From Rhina ancylostomus (taxonomy: Eukaryota): DNA of 64,000 nt. The position numbers were made by a program, and so were the translations under genes. Positions 11,276 to 23,279 of the stretch are shown here, piece by piece; position 1 is the stretch's first letter, and each line of letters opens with the position of its first letter. The stretch is taken from contig JARFYF010000074.1 in the NCBI GenBank assembly GCA_030265395.1, positions 74,002,547 through 74,066,546 of the forward strand, given 5' to 3'. Below the pieces are notes generated by a model, which was given only the letters and a program-made list of their open reading frames with translations, ran no database searches and had not been told where the DNA came from.

Positions 11276-13559
11276 CTGAAACCCAAATATAGAAATGTAC
11301 ATCAGGTAAAATCATTCAATGACTTTTATTGTAATGGAAACCAATACTCTGAAATTAACTTATGGTATAGTAATGTACCTACTCTCAAAGTTAATCTATA
11401 ATTCTCTACAATATTTCAGAGGAGACATTTATTTCCTCATTAAAAAATAATTACCATATTCAGTACACTTTAATAAATGAACTTTTCATAATTACTCTGC
11501 CACTAAAGGCAAAAACTTAAGTTTCCCATGTGTAAGATACAAGTTTAAATTCAATCACCCTACTCCAACGATACAGTGAGCAATGATTTTGGTGCTAGAC
11601 ATCGAACAAAGATTTTATTAAATATGCTTTCAAACAGTAGCATTATATGGGAACACTTGCCATAATAAATAATTTCAAATCTTTGAATGCAATCCCATCA
11701 CCACACTCTTCAATAAACCTCACAAATGACCGCACTTATACAAAATAGCTCCAATTTGCGTCATTCAGAAAACCAGTAGAATGCTACACCTGTAACTGAA
11801 TGAAGATGACTACACTTATGCTTATCCATTCAATCTACCCATATCAATTAATTCTATGAATGTGGGTTAAAATGCTGTACTACCAGTTAGCATCTTTATT
11901 ACTCTTCAAGCTACTGTTCAAGCTGTAACAAGTGATGCTACTTTTGAAGATCTCAGACATTATGCATAGTACAAATCATTCATCTAGATACATTCAAAAG
12001 AACTGATTTGCAGTTTCGTTTTGAAGAAAATGAATAAAATGTCCAACTATTAAATGCAATAAGATTGTCAAAATGAATATATTAATCAAACTGAATAAAT
12101 ACTGCCTCTGAATACATTACCTTGATTGCACACTCACAGAACATAACCGATTGGATAATGAAGTGATATCAGCTTTCAAGGAATAAACATATGGTACCAA
12201 ATACAATGTTCATGCCTTTACTGCTGACATCAATGGACTTGCTAGCACAAAGACTATACTTGAAATATTTTTAGATAAACGTAACCTTGCCAAATGACAA
12301 ATCTGTTAACTGCAAATATATTAATTTAAGGCTATTTGTGGAACTTTATGCACTTCCTTAAAAGTGGGGAGAAAGAATGAATTTTATGCAATGGTAATCT
12401 CGTTTTATTTTGGATAAAGAAGCTCAAGTTGTAGTAGTTCAGGGAACTTCAAAACTATGGTAAGTGGTGGTGGGGAGGAAGGTGGGCATCCTTTGAAGCA
12501 TGTACTATATTCAATTGAGCTCAAACCCCCAGGTATGCTGTGCAGCATGATCTCACACCATTGAGCAGATTCTACAGGCAGCAAGTTCAGGACAAGAAAG
12601 AGCAGTGCAGGTGAAGTGAGGAACGGTAGGAAAGAGGATGATGAAAAGGGAAAGGCGGATTCATGTATGGGAGAGTTGCTGGAAATAGGGAAGATGGAGC
12701 AGAAAAGTGGGAATGTGGCATATGAGGATTCAGTCAGATGAAGGGAAAGGGAGGAGGAGAGAGAAAGCCAAGGAGATGAATAGTGAAGGTGGAATAAATT
12801 CAGACAAATTACTTGATGGAGTGGGGAGGAATGTTGCTAAGGAAATAAACTTGGAGCAGGAGAGGGGAGGTTATGCTGGGGACTGTCAGTCATGATAGAG
12901 TCAACAGGCGCATCCAGTTGAAAGATTGATGTCTTGGACTCAGCAGCAAGAGCCCTGGCAGAGTGCAGGCATTGTTAAAGCAGACTTTAACTCTCGAGTT
13001 AAGATTTGCTTCAGTGCTTGTGGGCCTCAGATAAGTGGTAAAATTTTGCATTCTCTGAACTTTTGCAAACCCTCACTGTATATCATTTTTAATAGCTTGC
13101 ATACTCAGGTGCCCTTTATGTACATCAGTACGCTGAGCACTCACAAGTGTCTGCTGCTTCTGACAAAAAAAAGGCCCTGAAACACAAAGATTTGAGCAAT
13201 CCTGTTCCAGTCACAAATGTGTCAATGTCTCATTTCAATGAAGGAAAACAGAGCAAAAGAACCAGGGTGCAAAATATTGCTCAAGTGTTTTGTCACATTT
13301 GGAAAATCAGAGATTGCAGGACTTGAGTTAAAAGGTACCGAGGTGTGACAACTACTCTAAATCGGTTATTTGTCTAACTGTTGGAGATTTCTATGAAATG
13401 TACAGAAAATACTTGCCTAATGGTCTCTCTGATCTGAAACAAAAATGCAACATTTATGAGGAAATTCTCATTTGTGATCCCTGCCCCAAGATTTTGTCAA
13501 CCAAGCATTGGTCAACCAGACTTGCAGCGATTTTCATTCTGAACCTTTGTCATTGTTGC

Positions 13560-14700
13560 CTGAATATCCTACAGTCCAAACAGTCTCATATGTAACGTGG
13601 AGAGCACATTTCAAGAGGAGGCCACCTAACCCCTGGGAAGAAAACAAGTTCGAGGCAGGTAGTGCAGGCCACATTAATGAACATTTCTTTTGCCACTGAA
13701 TACTGCAGAGTATGATAGTTCCTCACGGAACCACAATCCAAGTCATGACACCAGGGGTAATTCAGCTGCACAGAGAGGGTTGAAAGGACATGAGAGCAAG
13801 GGGGTTAGGGGATTCAATAGTTAGGAGGGCAAATAGGCCATTCTGTGGTCAGACATGATTTCAGGATGATAGGATGTTCTTCTGATGCCAGTATCAACAA
13901 TGTCACTGAGTCACTGCAGAACGTTGAGGGATTAGGGATGGCAACCAGACGTCATGCTTCACATCAATACCGCTACTCTGAAGGATGAGGTCCTGCAGCA
14001 GATTACTGGACATAAGGAGATAAAGAGCAGAACCTAAGAGTTAGTAACCTCTGGAATATCACCCCTGTCATCCACCAGAGATAACAGAATTAAGAGAGCA
14101 GAGGAAATGAAAGCATGGCTGAAGAAATAGTCCAGGAGGAAAGGGCTGAGATCTCTGGGGCATTGGGACTGGTGGGAGGTGAGAGTTTCGGAAGGGGGAA
14201 GAGGCAAAGCTTGATAAAGGAGGGATTTAACAAAACAAGCCCAGAAGGCATTAGAAATAAAAGAAGAAAAAAAAAATCTCAGGGCCTAACTGTATACTTT
14301 AATAGAGGCAATGGACAGAGTACACAGATTGGCAATGTGAGTGCTTGATACTATTGCCATTACTTAAAGGTGGGCAGCAATGGTTCAACATTCTTGCTTA
14401 TAGCATTTTGAGATGAGATAGAAGGGGTTTAAAAAAAATACAACAACAACGATAAGAGGTGAAATGCCAGAAATTTCAATAAGTGAGGCCAGTTGGGTTA
14501 AGTGTACTTCAAAAAAAGAGAACAACCACAATGTTGGAAACCAAACAAATGAGGGAAATAGATGAGAAAATATGTTCAAGAGCCATTAAGTTTCAGAAGC
14601 ACAGAAGTAACCAGGCATTAATGGTAGGTGATTTCAACCATTCTAACATTAACTGAAAGAACAGCACAATCAAGTCTATGATTAATAACATGCAGTGATT
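13560..14700 (+). mobile_element. decayed CR1 LINE, ORF1 esterase-like region and ORF2 endonuclease start
   Basis: ggggattcaatagttagg (GDSIVR) near 13808; gatactattgccattact (D-IAIT) near 14347; ggtgatttcaac (GDFN) near 14627. Confidence 0.65.
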
Positions 14701-14867
14701 AATAAGAAAAGATCTTTTTTAAAGTTAACAGAGTCTGAAAAGTGCCATTTTGTTCAAAAAGACAAAATATAAAACTTCTGAAAAGCAACAAACAGATAGC
14801 TTTAGAAAAATTACACCTGTGGTTTAGGGAAATTCACTACGGAATGAAGTAATGAAAAATGACTAAC

Positions 14868-14966
14868 CAGGAAGATGGGATGACTCGCACGTTGGAATGT
14901 TAGTTCCTGTGTTTCCAATGGGCATTGCAGCACTCAGTGGAGGCATAGTTCCAGGAGGAAGGTAAC
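14868..14966 (-). CDS. SCAF4: SCAF4 exon 18
   Basis: gtttgttcag|GT TAC CTT CCT...; GYLPPGTMPPLSAAMPIGNTGTNIPTCESSHLP. Donor CTG|gttagt was chosen because it joins the last exon in frame; the 3' boundary is less certain. Confidence 0.75.
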
Positions 14967-16089
14967 CTGAACAAACAGAAACATTAAAAAGTAAGATTAA
15001 AGTGGATCTTCCAACAAAGACAGAAGAGTCAAAAAATGTTCTCACATTTTTTATCTTTACATATTTCATTTATACAATCACATTTCAAGATTAATTTGAC
15101 TATTCTTCCACAAGAATTAATGGCATGTTCTTTTACGCTGACATTTACTTTACCAAAGGCACATAGATGAAGCATAATGAATAAGCAGTAATTGAGCTTC
15201 ACGAGATCATTGCTAACCATCGTACTGGGAAAGTACGGTCCTCATTTCTGATCAAGACCCATAAAATGAGGTAAACAATAAAACATACGGTGAGAATAAA
15301 GCTAGAGAGTGACACTAATCTAATAATTAGAACCTTTTTTAAAGAGCTAACACAGATAATTAATAAAATAGCCCCACCCCCTCCCCGTGCTGTTAAATTC
15401 AATGATTTCTGCAAATGCTGCCAGGTTTTTCAATGGAAAGTTATGAGGGACTTGTAGAGACTAAAGAGATAGTTCAAAGCGATTTGTTCTGGTTAACTAT
15501 CATATTCCACAAATGTTAACAAGCATGGAATTGTCTTCCATGCTACGTTATGCATTTTCATGTTACGCATAAGGACACCTGAGTCTTTGAATATTGATAT
15601 CTAACAGTTTTTCACTATTTAAAAATATTGTTTTACTACAACTCTTCAGATGTTCTACATTGTGAAACTGTTCACATAAATTCTGAGCTGAAATTCCAAA
15701 TCAAAACCAAACTGATTTACAATTTTAAGTTCTGAAATAAGCAAAGCTGTTGTTTTTGTAAAGCTCAGCATCTGCATAACTCATAATGGGCTTTTTACTG
15801 ACTACAGGAAATCAGTGGTGTTCTTTCAGGATGCCAACATTTCCTGGTACATTTCATTTTATCTGATTTTGTCACTGTTTAATAGGCCTGACCACTCAAC
15901 AATCTTTTTGAATCAAATTGCTTAAAAGCAGCCAATATGTAAAAATGAAATAATGCCATAATGCTTCAAATTAAAATTGGAAATATATGCAACATTAATC
16001 AATGTAACAAAAGGACATTTTGTTCATCTCTCAGCAACAAAATTTTTAAATTCTCATCTACAAATGCCAATATACTACTCTGCAGTTTG

Positions 16090-17000
16090 AACAAACCAAT
16101 GAGGAGAAAGCCTCTTGGCACCTTGCGCCCTATTCGCCATTTAACACGACTGTGGATGATCTGACTGTCACTTCAAATCCACATTAGCATCAATCCACAA
16201 ATCTCTGCACAACTGACCTTCCTATCTATCATCATGTTATCAGCACATTTATCATTCACACCTTTAGTCCCTTCATCCAAGTCATTTACATAATTTGCAA
16301 ATAGTTGAGATCCCAGCAGTGACCCCTGTGGCACAATGCCCATTACACCTTGTCAACCAGGAAACAAAGAACATTTATGCCTGTTAACGAGCCAATCTTC
16401 GATCCAAACCAATGTAACCTCCTGCAACATGGACCTTTATATTTTGTCATAATCTTTGATGCAACACCTTATCTAATGCCATCTGGAAATCTAGGTACCA
16501 GTTGCATTTTATCCACAGCATACACTACTTGTTGAAAGAACTCCAATAAATCAGTCAAAAATGATTTCTCTTTCCCAAGACTTTGTTCAATTAACTTGAA
16601 TTTTTCTTAGTACCCCATCTTTAATTTGAGCTTCTTAAATTTTCTCGATGACAACAACAGATAACTGGCCGAGAGTTTCTTGCTTTTTGTCTCATTCCCC
16701 GGTTGAATAGAAGAGATACATTTGCTATTTTCTAATCTAATGAAACCTACTATGATCCAAAATCTATGGGATAATAGAAAGTTAAAACAAATGCACCTAC
16801 TGTTTCAGCAAGCACTTCTTTTAAAACTCAATGAAGCAGCACATCAGGACCTGGAGATTTGTTAACTCATGCCTCCAACAACTTTCTTTCTCATTGGAAT
16901 GTGTCTACTCCATCTTTTCTGTAAGATCCACTTAAATGTCTGTCACTGCATTTCAATTGACCAATTTCTGAAACTACTTTGTCACTTTAGTGCACCTGGC
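16090..17000 (-). mobile_element. decayed CR1 LINE (RT and 3' end)
   Basis: Reverse strand gtgccacaggggtcactgctgggatctcaact (VPQGSLLG), aatgacttggatgaa (NDLDE), gctgataac; CR1-type 3' end near 16100. Confidence 0.75.
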
Positions 17001-17451
17001 TCTGCTTTCATGTCTTCACGATTGCCCAAGTACCAGTCTTCGATCCATTCTCCTTTCCCTCCAACAATATAAAATTCAATACTATATAGTGATTGTACCC
17101 CTCCTCCACCTGGTTCNNNNNNNNNNNNNNNNNNNNNNNNNNNNNNNNNNNNNNNNNNNNNNNNNNNNNNNNNNNNNNNNNNNNNNNNNNNNNNNNNNNN
17201 NNNNNNNNNNNNNNNNNNNNNNNNNNNNNNNNNNNNNNNNNNNNNNNNNNNNNNNNNNNNNNNNNNNNNNNNNNNNNNNNNNNNNNNNNNNNNNNNNNNN
17301 NNNNNNNNNNNNNNNNNNNNNNNNNNNNNNNNNNNNNNNNNNNNNNNNNNNNNNNNNNNNNNNNNNNNNNNNNNNNNNNNNNNNNNNNNNNNNNNNNNNN
17401 NNNNNNNNNNNNNNNNNNNNNNNNNNNNNNNNNNNNNNNNNNNNNNNNNNN

Positions 17452-17610
17452 CTCTGGCCTCTGGTACACAACTCCTCCTCTCTTCATACTGGCGCTCTCT
17501 CCTCTCAGTCCTGAAGCAGAATCTCAGCCCGAAACATCAGCAGTTCCTTTCTCCCCACCACAGATGCTGCTCGACCTGCTGAATTCCTCCAGCGGATTGT
17601 TTGTTGCTTG
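17452..17610 (+). repeat. short interspersed repeat with decayed hammerhead-ribozyme core (Penelope-type terminal repeat)
   Basis: ctgaagcagaatctcagcccgaaac followed by cacagatgctgctcgacctgctgaattcctccagc; the same module recurs near 23370, 49900, 50165, 61853 and 63385. Confidence 0.6.
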
Positions 17611-18095
17611 ATCACAATTGTGCTTGCCTTGGGCACCTTCACCATCAGGTCATTAATTCATCCTATCTCATTGCTGACCACACAACGTGCCATTCTCATT
17701 AACTATCCCAAAAGCATTAAGAATTCTTCATCTGGGCTTCCTTTGCCAATTTGATTTTTACAATGTATATGCTAATTAAATCCTCCAGGATTATCACTCC
17801 ATCTTTCTGACAAACTCGCATAATTTCTTCTCTCATATTCTCTCCTGTTGTAGTTATTTAAAAACTTTGTTATTGGTGCTTTAAAAAACAATAAAAAAGT
17901 GTACATCCCAGTGATCCTTTTACTTCCTAATGATGCTCATCAAGATAAATGAAAGTATCGAAATAGAAAAAGGATGGCACCACACAAGATCAAAGTCGTA
18001 ATTATTTCTCTTTGAAAGAACAAACTTAAGGCACCTAACATCTTATCTGATTTGGTGTTCTCAGCCACCGTTAAAGATTCTGTGAAGCGACATAC

Positions 18096-18258
18096 CAGGT
18101 GGTGGCTGGACTGGATTGAAACCAGGACGCATAAATGGAGGAGGTGGTGGTGGCGGCGGTGGTGGTGGCACTCCTGGATTGAAAGTAGGTGGTGGAATTG
18201 TTGAAAAATTCGGAGGTTGGAGTCTATTAACAGCTGGAATTGGTTGAACTCCAGGCAT
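18096..18258 (-). CDS. SCAF4: SCAF4 exon 17 (polyproline)
   Basis: ttgcag|ATG CCT...CCT G|gtatgt; MPGVQPIPAV...PPPPPPPPPPPFMRPGFNPVQPPP; 163 nt. Confidence 0.92.
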
Positions 18259-18448
18259 CTGCAATAACAAATTTTTTTACAGTAAAATTTCCCAATTTTT
18301 TTAATTAATGCACCTCATACAAATAGATGGATCAAGATGATTTACATTTAAAGACGTTAATCCACAGCAACTATACAGATGACTACAATGAGAATAAAAT
18401 GCAGGTGCTGCTGAGCAAAAAGCAGTGCAATTCAGCGTGGACAACAAT

Positions 18449-18535
18449 TATTAGCATTAAGCAGCAATTGAAATCCCAGTCAACTGACTCGACAGCTTGG
18501 TTGACTGGGATTTCAATTGCTGCTTAATGCTAATA
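18449..18535. repeat. perfect 36-bp inverted repeat, 15-nt loop
   Basis: 18449-18484 tattagcattaagcagcaattgaaatcccagtcaac is the exact reverse complement of 18500-18535. Confidence 0.95.
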
Positions 18536-19394
18536 TTGAAATAATCTCCCTCTTTGCTCCCAATCCGAAAGATTGCTCATCATTGTGAGGAAAAAAATAT
18601 TGTAAATAGAGGACAAGTACTCAAAAGAGACAAGTGGACAGGAGAATTTTGACAACTCAGCATCCATTGCTTGGGAGTCCAGACTGTCTGACATCTGGCT
18701 CATTCATCAGTTCAGAATTTGAGCCAGGGGTCCAGTGTATGTGCGCGGCCAGAGCCTGGGTCAGGGTCCAGGACAGCAGCATCACGAACACGGGGCAGTT
18801 TGCAAACAGGAATGGGGTCTGAAGTACTTGTATATTTCCCACACCCTTTCAGCTCACCAGGTTCACTGGGAAATTTATAATGCCACTGTGGAACATTAAA
18901 AAAAAGTGAAACAAAAAATGTTTAAGGGCATTATTAGGAATAACATCCAGTAGTCTGAAAATTTTGCTCTACTGGCACCAAAGTCCTAAGGGCGCCAGCT
19001 TACATAGTTCTGCTATTGAAGGAATTTGTAAATCAAATATCCTAACATCAAGGAATACTGTTTTAATGAGTGGAATGGGGTGAAAGGCAGAGATAAAGTG
19101 ATTCAGTGTTGATGCAGCTGAAGGCAAAGTGTACCAATAGCAAAGGATTTAGTGTTGCACAATGTGTCAAACTCTCTCATGGATTGTCTGAAGGATAGCT
19201 TTATATTTTCCAAAAGCATCAAAATAAATAGGTGACAAATCAGTGCTTTGGATGATAAGGATCAACACACAAATGTAATCTGCCACCATCTCACTTGCTG
19301 ATCAAAACTTCACTGAAGGGATATATTGTATCTTTCCTAAATAAAAATAATTTGAAGAAAGTGTACAGCAGTCAACCATATGTTGTGAACACAA

Positions 19395-19521
19395 CACAGT
19401 TGCAAGACAGCTCTTGTACATTTATATATTTCATTTCAGAAAACGTCTACAAATTAGGGTGACGCTGGTCATATTATCCTCAGGAAATATATAAATGTAC
19501 AAGAGCTGTCTTGCAACTGTG
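19395..19521. repeat. perfect 38-bp inverted repeat, 51-nt spacer
   Basis: 19395-19432 cacagttgcaagacagctcttgtacatttatatatttc is the exact reverse complement of 19484-19521. Confidence 0.95.
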
Positions 19522-19622
19522 GTAATGCAATCAGAATTCCTCTATTCTGCTCATGAAAAGATTTATCTCTCAATTAAATATACATAATTATTTGGAAAAC
19601 ATCAATCACAGTTCATTCTTAC

Positions 19623-19738
19623 CTGTGTAGGCATGGGCAGGGAGGTTGGAGGCAATTCTTCTGATTGCGTTACTGCTGTGCTGCCATTTTCAGAAGTATC
19701 GGGAACAGTTGCTGGCGGCTTTGTAATATTCTTCCATT
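19623..19738 (-). CDS. SCAF4: SCAF4 exon 16
   Basis: ttgtattag|AA TGG AAG...ACA CAG|gtaaga; EWKNITKPPATVPDTSENG...LPMPTQ; 116 nt, phases match both neighbours. Confidence 0.88.
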
Positions 19739-20034
19739 CTAATACAAACACAAGTAGGAATCAAGCATGACAGTCATTCTGTTGGTGACTGAACAAAAAC
19801 TACAATCCTTTGTTTCCTTTTATGGGTCCAATGTCTGTTCTGGCCATGGGCACATATCTCTCATTGGTTGTTCACCACAAAATCTAGATGATCAAATGTA
19901 CTTGTTACCAGTAAGGCTGTAAAACTGCAGACAGAACTGATTGCTCACTTTTCATTATTTATGCTTTCAATGGAAATGAAAGTCAGGCAATAGGCTCCAA
20001 CACACCTTATTAGGACTTTACAAATCAGCAACTG

Positions 20035-20570
20035 ATCAAAACACTGGTTAGGCCACACTTGGGGCATTGACTGCAGTTCTAGTCACCCCATTAAAGGAAG
20101 GATATAATTGTACTGGAGAGAATGCAGAGGAGTTTCACCAGGATATTGCCTGGATTGAAGGATTTTAGTTATGGTGTGAGATTGGATAGGCTGGATGTGT
20201 TTTCCCTGGAGTGAAGGAGACTGAGGGGAGATCTGATAGAAGTATATAAAATTATGAGAGGCATCAATAAGGTAGATAGTCAGAATCTTTCTCCCATAGT
20301 AGGGCTATCAAAAACAAGGCAGCATAGGTGAAAGGAAGGATTTTTAAAGGGGTAAGCTTTCCCCCCCATAGAACATGATTGATATCTGGAACATGCTGTC
20401 AGAGATGGTGATGGAATCAGATACAATAAAGTTCAAGAGGCACTGAGACCCACTCAAATAGGAAAGCCAGAGAATATATTTCTGATGCAGGAAAGTGGGA
20501 TTTGTATAGGTGGGCAAAAAAGTTGGCATGGACATGAAGGGCTCATTTCTGTGCTCTATGATTCTAACTG
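20035..20570 (+). mobile_element. CR1 LINE 3' end
   Basis: acactggttaggccacacttgg (TLVRPHL), aggagactgaggggagatctgatagaagtatataaa (RRLRGDLIEVYK), tail ctctatgattcta. Confidence 0.85.
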
Positions 20571-20574
20571 AAGC

Positions 20575-21400
20575 ATTGTAAGTGAAGCATTCTCTTGTAA
20601 TAAAGGCCAGGATACCATTTGCCTTCCCAATTTCCTGCTGGTCCTCCATATTAACTTCAGGTGATTCATTTATCAGGAAATGTGGGTCCTCCAAACCTTA
20701 TCATCTCTTACTTCAGGCAATCTGAAAACTCTGTCTTCCCATTTTTCTACTGAACTGAACAATGTTGCATTTTGCCTATTAAATTCTTTCTGCTGGACCT
20801 GCACCCATTGATTTATCCCAGTTGTTCCCCATGAAACCACACTGCTCTCTACTTGCAACCCACACGAGGAGCAAGCTTTCAACAGTGAACTTGGATATAC
20901 TACACCATATCCTCATACAAATCACTGATAATAGGTCGTGATCATCTGGGAACCCCAATCCAATCCCTGCAGTACCCTCGAGTCACAGCCTCCCATTCAA
21001 AAATGATCTCACGTGAGCCACATTGTTGAAGGCTTTTTGTAAATCGAAGAACACATTAACTGATTCCCTCCTTATCTGCTGGTGATTTTCCTTCCATAAC
21101 TTCATGTGGGCTCTGTTTAATCCTGTCTTTTATTCTCAACTGCTCTGCCACCAATTGCTCAATAATATTCCAGACTTGCCTTACTGCTATCAGGCTAACC
21201 AGTTGATGTTTCCCATTCTCTCTCCTTACACAGTAAGGTTACATCAAGTACATTGCAATCTGTAGGAACCATCCTTGAACCTACTGAATTTTGGAAGCTG
21301 ACAATTTGTGCATCCACGATTTCAATTGCCATATCCTTAAAAATTCTAGGATATAAACCATCAGGCCCCAGAGATTTGTCCTCTTTCAGTACCAGTGAAA
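20575..21400 (-). mobile_element. older CR1 fragment, opposite orientation
   Basis: Reverse strand GKANGILAFITR and aaatctctggggcctgatggtttatatcctaga (KSLGPDGLYPR). Confidence 0.7.
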
Positions 21401-21518
21401 TGAATCAAATATTTAATTTTATTTAAAACAAAACACCACATACTGTATATTCTAAGCACCATCATTCTTTGAAAAAAAAAATCGGTTGGATAAAGTATTC
21501 AGAGTTGACAACAATTAC

Positions 21519-21675
21519 CTGGACAAAGTGTTTCACTGTCCAGCATTCCTCCTTCACATAAACGCTCTAGATCTTCTGGTTTAACTTTATCCCAAGGGAT
21601 ATAAGAGACTCCAAGCTCCACGTCCCAAAACTGCTTGTATTCTGCTTTCATTCCTTTGTTTAAGGCCCAGGCAAT
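21519..21675 (-). CDS. SCAF4: SCAF4 exon 15 (RRM C-terminal part)
   Basis: (c)31ag|ATT GCC TGG...CCA G|gtaatt; IAWALNKGMKAEYKQFWDVELGVSYIPWDKVK...; 157 nt. Confidence 0.95.
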
Positions 21676-21677
21676 CT

Positions 21678-21708
<31 letters not shown>
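21678..21708. repeat. G31 homopolymer (C31 polypyrimidine tract on the SCAF4 sense strand)
   Basis: 31 consecutive g directly abutting the exon 15 acceptor. Confidence 0.9.
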
Positions 21709-21709
<1 letters not shown>

Positions 21710-21999
21710 AATAAAAACATTTTTTGCATTGTCTTGTATTGGTCAAAATCCATGGAGATTTTATTTGTCCTGTAATGAAAAGTTATGAGGCCTGCTCAAT
21801 CAAAATATCTACCACTGGTGTATCGAGCATTTCTATTGCATAGAACATTTCATAAATTATTTCAGAAACAACATAACTGATGTTAAAATTTTGTGAAATT
21901 TTGATTTTCAATCCTACCATTTACTAAACAAAAAATCTTAAAAATATCCTTGCTTGAATGGGAAACTGAAAAATGCATCTATATCCTAATTCTACCATA

Positions 22000-23030
22000 C
22001 TTGATGGCAGACTGGAAGCCCATGATTAGTGGTGTGCCTCAGGGGTTGGTGCTGGGCCCATTATTGTTTGTCATCTATATCAATGATTCGGATAAGAACA
22101 TGCAAGGCAGGGTTAGTAAGTTTGCAGATGTCACTAAAATAGGTGGTATAGTGGACAATGAAGAAGGCTATCAAAAAATTACAGGGGAATCTTGATCAGC
22201 TGACTAAGTGGGCNNNNNNNNNNNNNNNNNNNNNNNNNNNNNNNNNNNCAAATGGAGTTCAATTTGGCTAAGTGTGATGTATGGTATTTTGGAAAGTCAA
22301 ATCCAGATAATGGCAGGGCCTTGGGGAGTGTTGTAGAACATAGAGTCCTTGTACGTCGTTCAATGAAAGTGGAGTCACAGGTATACAAGGTGGCAAAGGC
22401 AGGTTTTGGCACTGGCCTTCATACGTCAGGGCATTGAGTATAAAAGTTGGGAGGTCCTGGTGTGGTTGTGCAGGACACTGATGAGGCCACACTTGGAGTA
22501 TCGTGTTCAGTTTTGGTCACCCTGCTGGAGGAAAGACTGAAAAGAGTGCAGAAAAGATTTACAATGATGCTGCCAGGACTTGAAGGACTGAGTTATCGGG
22601 AGAATTTGGACATGCTAGGACTTTATTCCTTAGAGCATAGAAGACTGAGAGGTAATCTTATAGAGATGTATAAAATCTTGAGGGGCATAGATAAGGTAAA
22701 TGCACTCAGTATTTTCACCAGAGTTGAGGTATCAAGGACTATAAGGCACAGGTTTGAGCTGAGAAGGGAAAGATTTAAGAGGAACATGAGGGGCAACTCA
22801 TGTTCCTCCTACACAAAGGGTGGTATCCATGTGGAATGAACTACCAGAGGAAGTGATTGAAGCAGGTACAATAACAACTTTTAAAAGACAGTTGGACAGG
22901 TACAAGGATTGGAAAGGTTTAGAAAGTTGTGGGCCAAACACAGGCAAATGGGATAGCTTGGATGGGACATCTTGGTCAGCATGGACCAGTTGGGTCAAAT
23001 GGCCTGTTTCCATGCTCTAAGACTCTATGA
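22000..23030 (+). mobile_element. CR1 LINE, RT C-terminal half to 3' tail
   Basis: SGVPQGLVLGPLLFVIYIND...KFADVTKIGG; RRLRGNLIEMYKIL; WNELPEEV; tail ctctaagactctatga. Confidence 0.92.
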
Positions 23031-23165
23031 GGTATACCAACAATGGATATCATCCATAAGTGCTGTGCAGAACAAAATCAAATCCTTCAGTTAATAATAG
23101 TTACACTTAATAGAAGAGAACCCCAGTTTACTAAACCTTTGCTTCAGCATCTGCACAACGCATAC

Positions 23166-23279
23166 CTTTATAGGCTTTTGATTAACTTTGAATGTTCCTC
23201 TGCTAAGTTTCTGTAAGGCTCGATATGCATCTTGTCTATGAACCATCACAATGTAAGCACAACCTCTTGGAGGAATCAT
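23166..23279 (-). CDS. SCAF4: SCAF4 exon 14 (RRM, RNP1)
   Basis: attacag|ATG ATT CCT...ATA AAG|gtatgc; MIPPRGCAYIVMVHRQDAYRALQKLSRGTFKVNQKPIK. Confidence 0.96.

Noticed and set aside
10574-11401. Overlapping ORFs of 187, 124 and 98 aa on both strands
   Set aside because: Shadow frames of the low-complexity SCAF4 last exon.
18524-18534. ttaatgctaat matches the first 11 nt of miR-155
   Set aside because: The match stops there and sits at the stem base; the rest of the miR-155 sequence and hairpin is absent.
21499-21753. Polyproline N-terminus in the 84-aa ORF
   Set aside because: It is translation of the intronic C31 tract; the exon starts at 21675.
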